DNA of 64,000 bases from an uncultured Gemmatimonadaceae bacterium (lineage in GTDB: Bacteria; Gemmatimonadota; Gemmatimonadetes; Gemmatimonadales; Gemmatimonadaceae): assembly GCA_963740355.1 (NCBI GenBank), contig CAVUDW010000002.1, positions 352,001 to 416,000 of the forward strand. The letters run 5' to 3'. Below the pieces are notes generated by a model. It made no database searches. It worked only from the letters and a program-made list of their open reading frames with translations, and was not told the origin of the DNA. The position numbers were made by a program, and so were the translations under genes. Shown here in pieces: positions 9,299 through 17,658 of this stretch (position 1 is its first letter; each line of letters starts with the position of its first letter).

Positions 9299-10711
9299 AT
9301 GTCCGTTCCATTGCAGACTGGCCGACCGCCGCGGCGCGTTCTGAACGTCCTCGCCACCCCAGTGCGCGACGAATCACGGGCGCTGCTGGCGAAGAATTGG
9401 AACGCGATGCCCGAGGCGTTGCAGACCAAGCAGCAGATGCTCGGCGTCCAGGGAAACGGATGTGGAGCGACCATCGGCGCCATGCCACGCTGTGATTTCG
9501 CGTGCCGTGGATGCTACCTCGGCGAGGCCGCCAATCGCATTCCCGCTGAGCCCGTGGAAGCGATCATGGCTCAGATGGACGCGCTGCGACCGATCCTTGG
9601 GCCGGACGGGAACCTGCAACTGACCGATGGCGAAGTCACGCTGCGGCCGCCCGAGGAAGTCGTGAAGTTGTTGCAGCACGCGCACTCGCTCGAACTAGTG
9701 CCGATGCTGATGACGCATGGCGACTCCTTTCGTCGTCGGCCGGGGTTGCTCGAGCAGTACATGCTGGACGGCGAGTTGGTCGAGGTCAGCATCCATGTCG
9801 ATACCACGCAGCGCGGCCGCGTCGGTGCGGAGTACAAGGGGGCGACGTCAGAGGCGCAGCTCAATCCACTGCGCGACGAGTTCGTGCAGCTGCTCACCGA
9901 AGCGCAGTCGAAAACCGGTAAGCGCCTGCGAGCCGCCACAACCATGACAGTCACGCGCGACAACCTCAGTGGCGTGCATGATGTGATGCGCTGGATCACC
10001 GGAGGGCAGCGCGTCTTCCGAATGATCAGCTTCCAGCCGATCGCACAAGTTGGCCGCACCGAAGATGGTTTCGGTGGCGGAGTGACCGGCGAGGCACTCT
10101 GGTGGCGAATCGCGTTCGCGCTGACGGGCGGGAAGAAGGGCGCCGCCGAAGAGTTGCTCAAGTCGCAGGTCTGGTTCGGCCATCCGTCGTGCAACCGGAT
10201 CCTGCACGGTCTCGTTGCGCACCGTGACGGCGAGGCGCCGGCCTTCCACGCCCTGCGCCCGTCAGCCGATGCACCGCACGCCGACACCGTCGACGAGTTC
10301 TTCCGACGATTTGGCGGTGTGAGCTTCAAGACCGACACCACCCGTACTGCCATCGCCCGTGCACTCGGCATGGCACTGCGCGCGCCAGGTTTCGTTCTCG
10401 GTCGCCTGCCCGGCTACCTCTGGCACTGGCTCGAACGCCTCAGCCCCGGCTCGCCGCTTCAGGCGATTCGGGACCTGCTCAACGGCTCACTCAAGGTGCA
10501 GCCGCTGGTGATCGTGAGTCATCACTTCATGAGCAGCGCCGAGATCCACACCGACGAAGGGCAGGCACGCTTGGCGCAGTGTGTCTTTCACGTGCCGGTG
10601 AATGGCGAGCTGGTGTCGATGTGCGAGGTGAATGCGCTCGGGATTCGGGATCGGTACTACGCGGACCTCGTGGGCACGGCCTCCCGGTCCGACGTCGTTC
10701 CGTCCCTCTGA
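9299..10711 (+). CDS. Radical SAM protein (COG1964-like)
   Basis: CDFACRGC (CxxxCxxC), QLTDGEVTL, GHPSC, C-terminal CVF..VNGELVSMCEVN; start ATG 9299. Confidence 0.9.
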   Translation: MSVPLQTGRPPRRVLNVLATPVRDESRALLAKNWNAMPEALQTKQQMLGVQGNGCGATIGAMPRCDFACRGCYLGEAANRIPAEPVEAIMAQMDALRPILGPDGNLQLTDGEVTLRPPEEVVKLLQHAHSLELVPMLMTHGDSFRRRPGLLEQYMLDGELVEVSIHVDTTQRGRVGAEYKGATSEAQLNPLRDEFVQLLTEAQSKTGKRLRAATTMTVTRDNLSGVHDVMRWITGGQRVFRMISFQPIAQVGRTEDGFGGGVTGEALWWRIAFALTGGKKGAAEELLKSQVWFGHPSCNRILHGLVAHRDGEAPAFHALRPSADAPHADTVDEFFRRFGGVSFKTDTTRTAIARALGMALRAPGFVLGRLPGYLWHWLERLSPGSPLQAIRDLLNGSLKVQPLVIVSHHFMSSAEIHTDEGQARLAQCVFHVPVNGELVSMCEVNALGIRDRYYADLVGTASRSDVVPSL

Positions 10712-10719
10712 TCTCGAGC

Positions 10720-11130
10720 GAACTCCGTACCCCTGAGCTCAGGAACTCCGTCCCCCCAAACGTTCGCGATGCGACCGACGCGGCTGCGGTCGCACTCCGT
10801 GAGCTCCGTGGCCTCCCCCCTATTTGTTGTTCGCGTTGGTGCGCGTTGCAGCATTCGTTTGCAATCGCGAGGGAAGCAACTGCAATGAGGGGGAGGCCAC
10901 GGAGCTCACGGAGTGCTCCAATGGCAACCTTGGCCGCTTCCCCATCAATGGTGCTGGAAGGGAACGAGCCGGAGGGACTCCGTCCCCGTGAGCTCACAAG
11001 GACTCAGCCTGCATGAAAGCCCTGACCCTTTGAAAGTCCCGTGAAAAGCGAACTCTCCGCCGCCATAGGCGTCGCGTGCAGTCCTCCGCGACTCCGCGTC
11101 CCCCGCGGCTCCGCGTGAGGAAGTGTGGAC
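10720..11130. repeat. Cluster of REP-like repeats between convergent genes, including a perfect 28-bp inverted repeat
   Basis: gcactccgtgagctccgtggcctccccc (10792-10819) and its reverse complement (10889-10916); 10976-11037 and 11077-11130 are inverted copies of sequence upstream of the rSAM gene. Confidence 0.85.
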
Positions 11131-11174
11131 CAGCACCGCCACAGGCGTCCAGCGCCAGACGGCAGAACCCGTCG

Positions 11175-11990
11175 CTATCGAATCAGCCCCAGTCGCCGCC
11201 CGTTTGCCTGGCTGTTCAGGCTCCAGTCGTACTCCGTCTTCACGACCTTGTACTCCCCTGACTCCAGCAACGCCTTCTCGGCACCCGCAGGATAGTACCG
11301 CGCGATGAACCGCCCGACGCTTGCCTCACTGCCTCCGAAATCCTTCATGTAGTCGAGGAAGGAAAAGATCGGACTGCGATAGATCGTGCGATTCGCGACG
11401 TCCACGCGGTTCTTGGCCGGTGTTTGCGTGAGAAACCGCACCGCTTGCTCGTTCAGCTGCGCGTCGATGCGCGCGCCGGTGTAGGCCTCGCTGCGGAGCG
11501 GTGGGCAGCCAATCGCCGCACACACCAGCGCGAAGTGGATGCGCGGTTCCTTGAAGGTCGGGCGAATCGTACGCTGTTCGATGTCGTCCAGCGTGTACGT
11601 CTTGCCGCCCACCACGGCAAACGCTTCAGACCACGGACCCTTCAGGCGCAGAAGCCCCAGCGACTTGTTGATGTTCCGGATCGACTCGCGTTCGTTCTTG
11701 TTGTTGATCAACTGGATCGTGTACGCATTGTAGGCGTTGATCCAGAGTGCCAGTTGTTCGTTGCGCGGCAACGTGACCGGATTCGTCGCGGCCAGCAGTC
11801 GGAGATAGCCTGCGAAGGCCGGGTCAGCCTTGAATGCGTCGTAGTCCACCAGTCCGTTCACGACGTGGGCCTTCAGCAGTCGGTCAAACGCACTGTGGTC
11901 AACTGCCTGCGCATGCAGCAATGTGCTGGAAATCATCAGGACAGCGCCCGTCGCCAGCTGTCGTGCGACACGTGTGATGCGGAAAGTCAT
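11175..11990 (-). CDS. DUF547 domain secreted protein
   Basis: LALWINAYNAYT, PRIHFALVCAAIGCPPL, YDWSLN signatures; signal peptide; ATGA overlap with upstream stop. Confidence 0.92.
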   Translation of the reverse strand: MTFRITRVARQLATGAVLMISSTLLHAQAVDHSAFDRLLKAHVVNGLVDYDAFKADPAFAGYLRLLAATNPVTLPRNEQLALWINAYNAYTIQLINNKNERESIRNINKSLGLLRLKGPWSEAFAVVGGKTYTLDDIEQRTIRPTFKEPRIHFALVCAAIGCPPLRSEAYTGARIDAQLNEQAVRFLTQTPAKNRVDVANRTIYRSPIFSFLDYMKDFGGSEASVGRFIARYYPAGAEKALLESGEYKVVKTEYDWSLNSQANGRRLGLIR

Positions 11991-13492
11991 CTGAAGAGAG
12001 CGAAATAGCGAAGGAAAAGGTTCTTCACGAATGGCGTCAGCTTCGTACGGCGCCACGCATCTGCCACCTTGCGCAGCACTTCACCTTGTGTCGGATACGG
12101 ATGCATCGTCTTGCCGATCGCGCCGAGTCCGAGGCCGTTCGTCATGGCCAAAGTCACTTCGCTGATCATGTCACCCGCGTTCGGTGCCACGATCGTGGCA
12201 CCGACGATCTTGTCCGTTCCCTCGCGCACGTGCACGCGACAGAACCCTTGTGTCTCACCCTCGAGACGCGCCCGATCCACATCGTGCAGTGGTACCGTGA
12301 ACGTCTGGATCGGGACGCCCGCCTGCGCCGCACTCGCCGCGGTGTGGCCGACCTGCGCCAGCTCCGGTGAGGTATACGTCGCCCAGGGCGTGACCAGATT
12401 GCTCGCCTTGCCGCGGCCATAGAATAGCGCGTTCTGGATCACCATCCGCGCCTGAAAATCCGCCGCATGTGTGAATTGCAGCGGCGAGCAGACATCACCG
12501 ACGGCGTACACCCAGGAATTCGTGGTCTGGAGTCGCTCATTCACTGTCACCCCCTTCTTCGTGAAGGCGATTCCGGCGTGGTCGAGTCCGAGGTTTTCCA
12601 CATTTGGCTTGCGTCCGATCGCCACCAGCAGCGCATCGCCCACATGCGTGGTCTCGATGCCATCGCGCGTCGTGCGCACGCGAATTTCGCCACCCTGCTG
12701 TGAGACAGCCACGATTTCAGCGAGAGCGGAATAGCGGACCCCATCTTCGCTGAGTGCTTGCTGCACGATCAGCGCGGCGTCTTCGTCATCGCGCGGGAGC
12801 ACCCGTGGCCCCTTGTCGATCAGCGTCACCTGCGAGCCGAAACGGGCGAAACTCTGCGCCATCTCGCAGCCAATCGGGCCGGCACCAATCACCAGCAGTC
12901 GAGCTGGGAGCGCCGTGAGGTCGAAGATCGTTTCGTTCGTCAGGTACGGAACGGTTTCGAGCCCTGGGATCGGTGGCGCGGAGGCACGGGCGCCCGTTGC
13001 GATCACGGCGCGGCGGTACTTCAGCGTTGCCGCACCGACCGTAATTGCGGACGGGTTCATGAACGCGCCGTCGCCGAGGAATACGTCGACGCCCAGGTCA
13101 CGAAAGCGGGCCGCACTGTCGATCGGGCTCAGCTCACTCCGAATGCGCCGCATGCGATTCATCATCGTCTCGAAATCGCCGCGTGAGTCAGCCGCGATCG
13201 CGGGCCCGCCGAACTTCCCTGCCGCAGTGCGCGCCGTCGACCACGCGCGGGCCGCACTGATCAGCCCTTTGGACGGCACACAGCCGACGTTCAGGCAGTC
13301 GCCGCCCATCAGGTGCCGTTCGATCAGCGCGACCTTCGCGCCCAGTCCCGCGGCGCCGGCGGCCGATACCAGTCCACCGGTGCCGGCACCAATCACGACT
13401 AGATCGTAGTTCGGCGCTGGCTTGGGATTCACCCAGTCCGACGGATGCACCTGCGAGACCAGTTCGTGATCCCAATGATCGTGCTCGAGCAT
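11987..13492 (-). CDS. Pyridine nucleotide-disulfide oxidoreductase, MerA/lipoamide dehydrogenase-like (not a true MerA)
   Basis: GAGTGG, GGDCLNVGCVPSK, GAGPIG, HPYPTQGE; no N-terminal HMA domain or C-terminal Cys-Cys; start re-picked at 13492. Confidence 0.9.
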   Translation of the reverse strand: MLEHDHWDHELVSQVHPSDWVNPKPAPNYDLVVIGAGTGGLVSAAGAAGLGAKVALIERHLMGGDCLNVGCVPSKGLISAARAWSTARTAAGKFGGPAIAADSRGDFETMMNRMRRIRSELSPIDSAARFRDLGVDVFLGDGAFMNPSAITVGAATLKYRRAVIATGARASAPPIPGLETVPYLTNETIFDLTALPARLLVIGAGPIGCEMAQSFARFGSQVTLIDKGPRVLPRDDEDAALIVQQALSEDGVRYSALAEIVAVSQQGGEIRVRTTRDGIETTHVGDALLVAIGRKPNVENLGLDHAGIAFTKKGVTVNERLQTTNSWVYAVGDVCSPLQFTHAADFQARMVIQNALFYGRGKASNLVTPWATYTSPELAQVGHTAASAAQAGVPIQTFTVPLHDVDRARLEGETQGFCRVHVREGTDKIVGATIVAPNAGDMISEVTLAMTNGLGLGAIGKTMHPYPTQGEVLRKVADAWRRTKLTPFVKNLFLRYFALFR

Positions 13493-13523
13493 CTGCAGTC
13501 GGAGAAAAGGGAAAATCAGCTCG

Positions 13524-14300
13524 TCAGGTCGGGACTGATCCGTTCGCCGTCGCATCGGCCAATGCACGCTTGGCGAGACGCGTCACCAGGATCGTCACCG
13601 CAGCCGTAGCCGCAAGGCCGAGGCCAAGCACGGCGTAGAAGGCGGGCCCGCGCGCGGGAGCGGTGGTGCCCGCCGCGCCGACCACCACGCGCGCAACGTT
13701 CCCGGTGTACACGTAGAGCAGTGTACCGGGAATCATGCCGACGGATGCGACCAGGAAATCGGCCATGCGCACCCGTGTCAGCCCCAGTGCGTAGTTGAGC
13801 ACGTTGAAGGGAATCACCGGCGATAGGCGCAGGAGAAACACCACGCGGCGGCCTTGCTCCGCGATCGCACCGTCGATCGCCGCGAAGCGTGGATCGCGCT
13901 GGACACGCTCGGCGACCCAGTCGCGCGCCACGTAGCGTGCAATCAGGAAGGCTCCCAGAGCACCCAGCGACGCGCCCAGCAATACGAAAATGGTGCCTTT
14001 CACGACGCCGAACAGCGCACCAGCTGCCAACGTGAGGATGGAGGCTGGAACGAACGCGACGCAGGCCAGCGCATATCCCGCGATGAACACGACGGGTCCC
14101 CATGCGCCAAGCGCGTCCACTGCCGCCGTGAGGCGCGGCAGCTGCCCACTCAACTGCCGTCCCAGCAACACGAGGCCCACGACGACGAGCAGCGCTACGC
14201 CAACGCGCAGGATGGTCGCGCTTCGCGACGTCGGCGCGCCACCATCCGGTGTGCGATCCGTCGCCTTGTCGCGTGTGTTGCTGGTCGCTTTGTCAGTCAT
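13524..14300 (-). CDS. TVP38/TMEM64 (VTT domain, DedA superfamily) membrane protein
   Basis: FVPASILTLAAGALFG, LLRLSPVIPFNVLNYALGLT, GMIPGTLLYVYTG. Confidence 0.92.
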   Translation of the reverse strand: MTDKATSNTRDKATDRTPDGGAPTSRSATILRVGVALLVVVGLVLLGRQLSGQLPRLTAAVDALGAWGPVVFIAGYALACVAFVPASILTLAAGALFGVVKGTIFVLLGASLGALGAFLIARYVARDWVAERVQRDPRFAAIDGAIAEQGRRVVFLLRLSPVIPFNVLNYALGLTRVRMADFLVASVGMIPGTLLYVYTGNVARVVVGAAGTTAPARGPAFYAVLGLGLAATAAVTILVTRLAKRALADATANGSVPT

Positions 14301-14372
14301 CGGTCATCTGCCATGGGACGCCTGCATCATACGACGCGCCCGAAGGTTCGGATTGACCGACGGTACAGCCGG

Positions 14373-15158
14373 CTACGCGGACTGGGCGCCGAGCGAAAGC
14401 GGTTCACCGTTTGCGCCAAGCCCGAGCTCGACATGCAGGCGCTCCTTGGCCGCGGCAATCGCATCCCGCGTCCGATTCTTCAGCGTCGACAGGTCAGCCA
14501 GAGTTAGCCCGGTCGTCTCGATTGGTTCCAGTACCCGACAGATCGCACGCGTCTTCTGGAACTGGAACGTGTGCTTGGCCATCGCCCGACGGGTGCCCGC
14601 CACCACGATCGGCAGGATCGGAATGTTGTTCTCGATCGCCAGCCGGAAGGCGCCATCCTTGAACGGCAGCAGCTCGCCGTCAGGGGTCCGAGTCCCTTCA
14701 GGAAATATCATGACGCTCAAGCGGTGCTTCAGCTTGTCGCGGCAATCGTTCATTGCGGCCACGATGCTTTCGCGTGTGCCGCGCTTGACCGGGATGTCGC
14801 CGGCCAGCCACATCATCCAGCCAAGGAACGGAATCTTGAAGAGTTGCTCCTTCCCCAGCCACTTCATCTCCCACGGCAGGTGTGAGATCAGGAAGATGTC
14901 GGCGTAGCTCTCGTGATTCGACACGGCGACGTACGGCCGACGGGGATCCCGGATCCGGATCCCGTCGGTGCTGAACTTCCACAGCGGATTCAGAAAGACC
15001 GTGGTCGCGCCTACGAGGCGGAAGGTGCGACCCGCGATGTACCGGTCACGATCGAACGGTACGGTGACGATGAAGACCGCCAACACCACGAAAAACCCGA
15101 CGATGATCGCCGCGATGAGCACGACCCACGCATAGGCATTCAGGACTTTCTGGAGCAC
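14373..15158 (-). CDS. plsC: 1-acyl-sn-glycerol-3-phosphate acyltransferase (PlsC/LPLAT family)
   Basis: NHESYAD (NHx4D) and FPEGTR motifs; N-terminal TM helix. Confidence 0.85.
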   Translation of the reverse strand: MLQKVLNAYAWVVLIAAIIVGFFVVLAVFIVTVPFDRDRYIAGRTFRLVGATTVFLNPLWKFSTDGIRIRDPRRPYVAVSNHESYADIFLISHLPWEMKWLGKEQLFKIPFLGWMMWLAGDIPVKRGTRESIVAAMNDCRDKLKHRLSVMIFPEGTRTPDGELLPFKDGAFRLAIENNIPILPIVVAGTRRAMAKHTFQFQKTRAICRVLEPIETTGLTLADLSTLKNRTRDAIAAAKERLHVELGLGANGEPLSLGAQSA

Positions 15159-15161
15159 GGC

Positions 15162-15407
15162 TCAGCTGGCGGCAGGCGTGATGGGTGCGGGCGTGACCGG
15201 CGCACAGGTCCCGTCAAAACCATTCGTCCGGTGCGACCCGTCGCAGAACGGCTTGCGCTTGCTGTCGCCGCAACGGCACAGCGACACGTTCTTTCCTTCG
15301 GGCAGCGGGATGACGTTCCCTTCCGCGTCCGTGATCTGGATGGACTGTGCATCGGCCGCGGTGATCAGCAGCGACGCGTTGTTGTTGACCTTGATCGTGA
15401 TCGGCAT
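15162..15407 (-). CDS. CDGSH iron-sulfur domain protein
   Basis: LCRCGDSKRKPFCDGSH. Confidence 0.92.
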   Translation of the reverse strand: MPITIKVNNNASLLITAADAQSIQITDAEGNVIPLPEGKNVSLCRCGDSKRKPFCDGSHRTNGFDGTCAPVTPAPITPAAS

Positions 15408-15522
15408 CGGCAGGGCATGGGATGATACGGCAGGGGCGGAACGCCCACAGCACAGCAGAATAATGCCCGGGCCGCTGGACCGTCACCCACACCTGCCCCC
15501 TGAGCCGGTTACCGCCGAGTCC

Positions 15523-15963
15523 CTATGCGGCCTGGGCCAGCGCCGCGTGGCGCTTCAGGCGCTGCACCATCGCATTCAGGCCGACTTCGCGCCCGGCCAG
15601 CCCGATGTCGTGCATCAGCTGACGCACGATGTCGTTCGGGATCGCCAGCGTGACACTCGCGGGCTGCTCGTTCACCGCCTGGAAGAGGATCGCCAGCACC
15701 GCCGCCACCGTCGGTGATTCACGCACGTTCACATCGGCATAGAAGTGCAGCAGCCCATCATGCACTTCGGGAAAGAGGTCGACACGTGTCTGGCACTCGG
15801 CAACGGTGAATGCGGCGCGATCGAGGGCCGCCAAACGCGGCGGGAGCGGCTCGAGCTTTTTCGCGTACGCCACCAGGCTCGCCATCTTCTCTTCGCGTCC
15901 CATGGAGCGGAACCGGCCAAGCACGCGTTCGAGGGCTGGAGGGATCATCTCAGTCTGCGTCAT
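15523..15963 (-). CDS. sufE: SufE family sulfur-acceptor protein
   Basis: AKKLEPLP, ECQT active Cys, ESPTV pattern; size 146 aa. Confidence 0.75.
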   Translation of the reverse strand: MTQTEMIPPALERVLGRFRSMGREEKMASLVAYAKKLEPLPPRLAALDRAAFTVAECQTRVDLFPEVHDGLLHFYADVNVRESPTVAAVLAILFQAVNEQPASVTLAIPNDIVRQLMHDIGLAGREVGLNAMVQRLKRHAALAQAA

Positions 15964-16004
15964 CCCGAAAGCTACACACCACCGATAGCCATATTTCCCT
16001 CCCT

Positions 16005-17282
16005 ATGCATCTGGTGATCGTCACCTCGGGATCGCGCGGCGACGTGCAGCCCTACCTCGCCCTCGCGAAGCGGGCGATGCACGATGGCCATCGGGTGACG
16101 CTGGCGACGCACGCGGTGTTCGAGCCGTGGGTGCGCGCGCACGGCGTGCCATTCCGCGCGCTGCATGGTGATCCGAAGGCGATGCTGAGCAATCCCGGTG
16201 CCCGGGCATGGCTGTCCGATGGCTCGCTGGGCGGCCTGTGGCAGTTCGCCTGCGAGTTCGGCCGCGACTTCGGTGGCCTGTTCGACGGCCTGCTGCACGA
16301 CCTGACCATCGCAACGGCGGACGCGGACGTGGTGCTCTACAGCGCCGTCTGCATGGCGGCGGCTCAATTGCACGAGATTCGAGGGACGCCCGTCATCGCC
16401 GGCTGGCTGCAACCGCTCACGCCCACACATGCGTTTCCGGCTGCAGGGCTGACCTACCGCGAACCCGCCACGCTCTGGGACCGGCGTCGCAATCGGCTCT
16501 CACACGTGATCGGCGAACAGCTGCTCTGGCAACCATCGCGGCGCACGGTGAATCGCTGGCGTGCGCGCGAGCTCAACGCGCCGCCAGTGTCCTTTCTCGG
16601 TCCGTTCGCCGCCCAACGCTCCGCGGCCTACCCGGTCTGTTACGCCTACAGCCCGGCCGTGCTTCCGCGTCCCGCCGATTGGCCGGAGTGGATTGCACCG
16701 ACCGGCTGGTGGTACCTCGACGAGCCGGATTTCCAGCCGAGTGAGTCGCTGTCGCGCTTTCTCGCCGCCGGCGATGCACCGGTCACCATCGGGTTCGGCA
16801 GCATGACTCCGCAAGATGGTGAATGGCTGACGAAGGTCGTGCTCGACGCCTGCGATCAGGCGGAGTGTCGCGCGGTGCTGCTCGAAGGCTGGGGCTCACT
16901 CGGCAACACGTCCTTGCCCAGCACGATCCACGTCGAGCGCGACGTGCCCCACGACTGGCTCTTCGGCCGCAGCAGCGCGTTGGTGCACCACGGTGGCGCG
17001 GGCACCACCGGAGCTGCCGTGCGAAGTGGCGTCCCGTCGCTGATCGTGCCGCTGGGCTTCGATCAACAGTTCTGGGGAAGCCGACTGCAGTCGCTCGGTG
17101 TCTCGCCCGCGCCGATCAAGCGTCGCGACCTCACCGTCGCCAACCTCGCCGCGTCGATCCGTACCATGCGGACCAACACCGCCATGCGCACCGCCGCCGC
17201 ATCACTCGGCGAGATCGTCCGCACCGAAGACGGTACCGGTACCGCACTCCGTCGCATCCTCGCGCACGCGGAGCATCGCTGA
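16005..17282 (+). CDS. GT1 glycosyltransferase (sterol/lipid glucosyltransferase-like)
   Basis: GSRGDVQP, IGFGSM, VPHDWLF, HHGGAGTT, GFDQQFWG; start ATG 16005. Confidence 0.92.
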   Translation: MHLVIVTSGSRGDVQPYLALAKRAMHDGHRVTLATHAVFEPWVRAHGVPFRALHGDPKAMLSNPGARAWLSDGSLGGLWQFACEFGRDFGGLFDGLLHDLTIATADADVVLYSAVCMAAAQLHEIRGTPVIAGWLQPLTPTHAFPAAGLTYREPATLWDRRRNRLSHVIGEQLLWQPSRRTVNRWRARELNAPPVSFLGPFAAQRSAAYPVCYAYSPAVLPRPADWPEWIAPTGWWYLDEPDFQPSESLSRFLAAGDAPVTIGFGSMTPQDGEWLTKVVLDACDQAECRAVLLEGWGSLGNTSLPSTIHVERDVPHDWLFGRSSALVHHGGAGTTGAAVRSGVPSLIVPLGFDQQFWGSRLQSLGVSPAPIKRRDLTVANLAASIRTMRTNTAMRTAAASLGEIVRTEDGTGTALRRILAHAEHR

Positions 17283-17291
17283 ACCGCAACT

Positions 17292-17641
17292 GCGAATCGC
17301 GGAGGCGCAGAGACGCAGAGAACTGCAACGGCTGAACTGCTACTGCCTTATCGCAAAACAAACTTTTGGGTCCAGCAACAGCCGCAAGACTGCGAACGGC
17401 CGCAAAACTGCGTGCGTGGGCACCGGTGGTCGGTGAGCACATCGCCCTGACATTTTGTGGGAACAACTCGCCCACCGTTCTTCCGTTTTCAAGGTCCTTT
17501 ACCAAAGCTGTTGCAGTGGCCTTTGCAGTTCTCTGCGGCCTCTGCGCCCCTGCGATTCGCTGTGGCAGTTTTGCGGCTTCTGCAGTGTTGCGGCTGTTGC
17601 TGTACCCCAGAGCACTTTTGCGTCAAGGCAGTTACGCAGTT
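17292..17641. repeat. Interleaved double inverted repeat (A-B-A'-B') in convergent intergenic region
   Basis: A 17292-17328 pairs with 17523-17560; B 17335-17411 pairs with 17565-17641. Confidence 0.85.
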
Positions 17642-17658
17642 CCCCAGCTCACAGAGGA

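Noticed and set aside
9299..10711. arsS arsenosugar radical SAM
   Set aside because: Sequence around CxxxCxxC and the length do not resemble ArsS; no arsM or its associated glycosyltransferases recognised in the window
11987..13492. merA / mercury resistance
   Set aside because: No C-terminal Cys-Cys, no NmerA domain, no merR/T/P nearby
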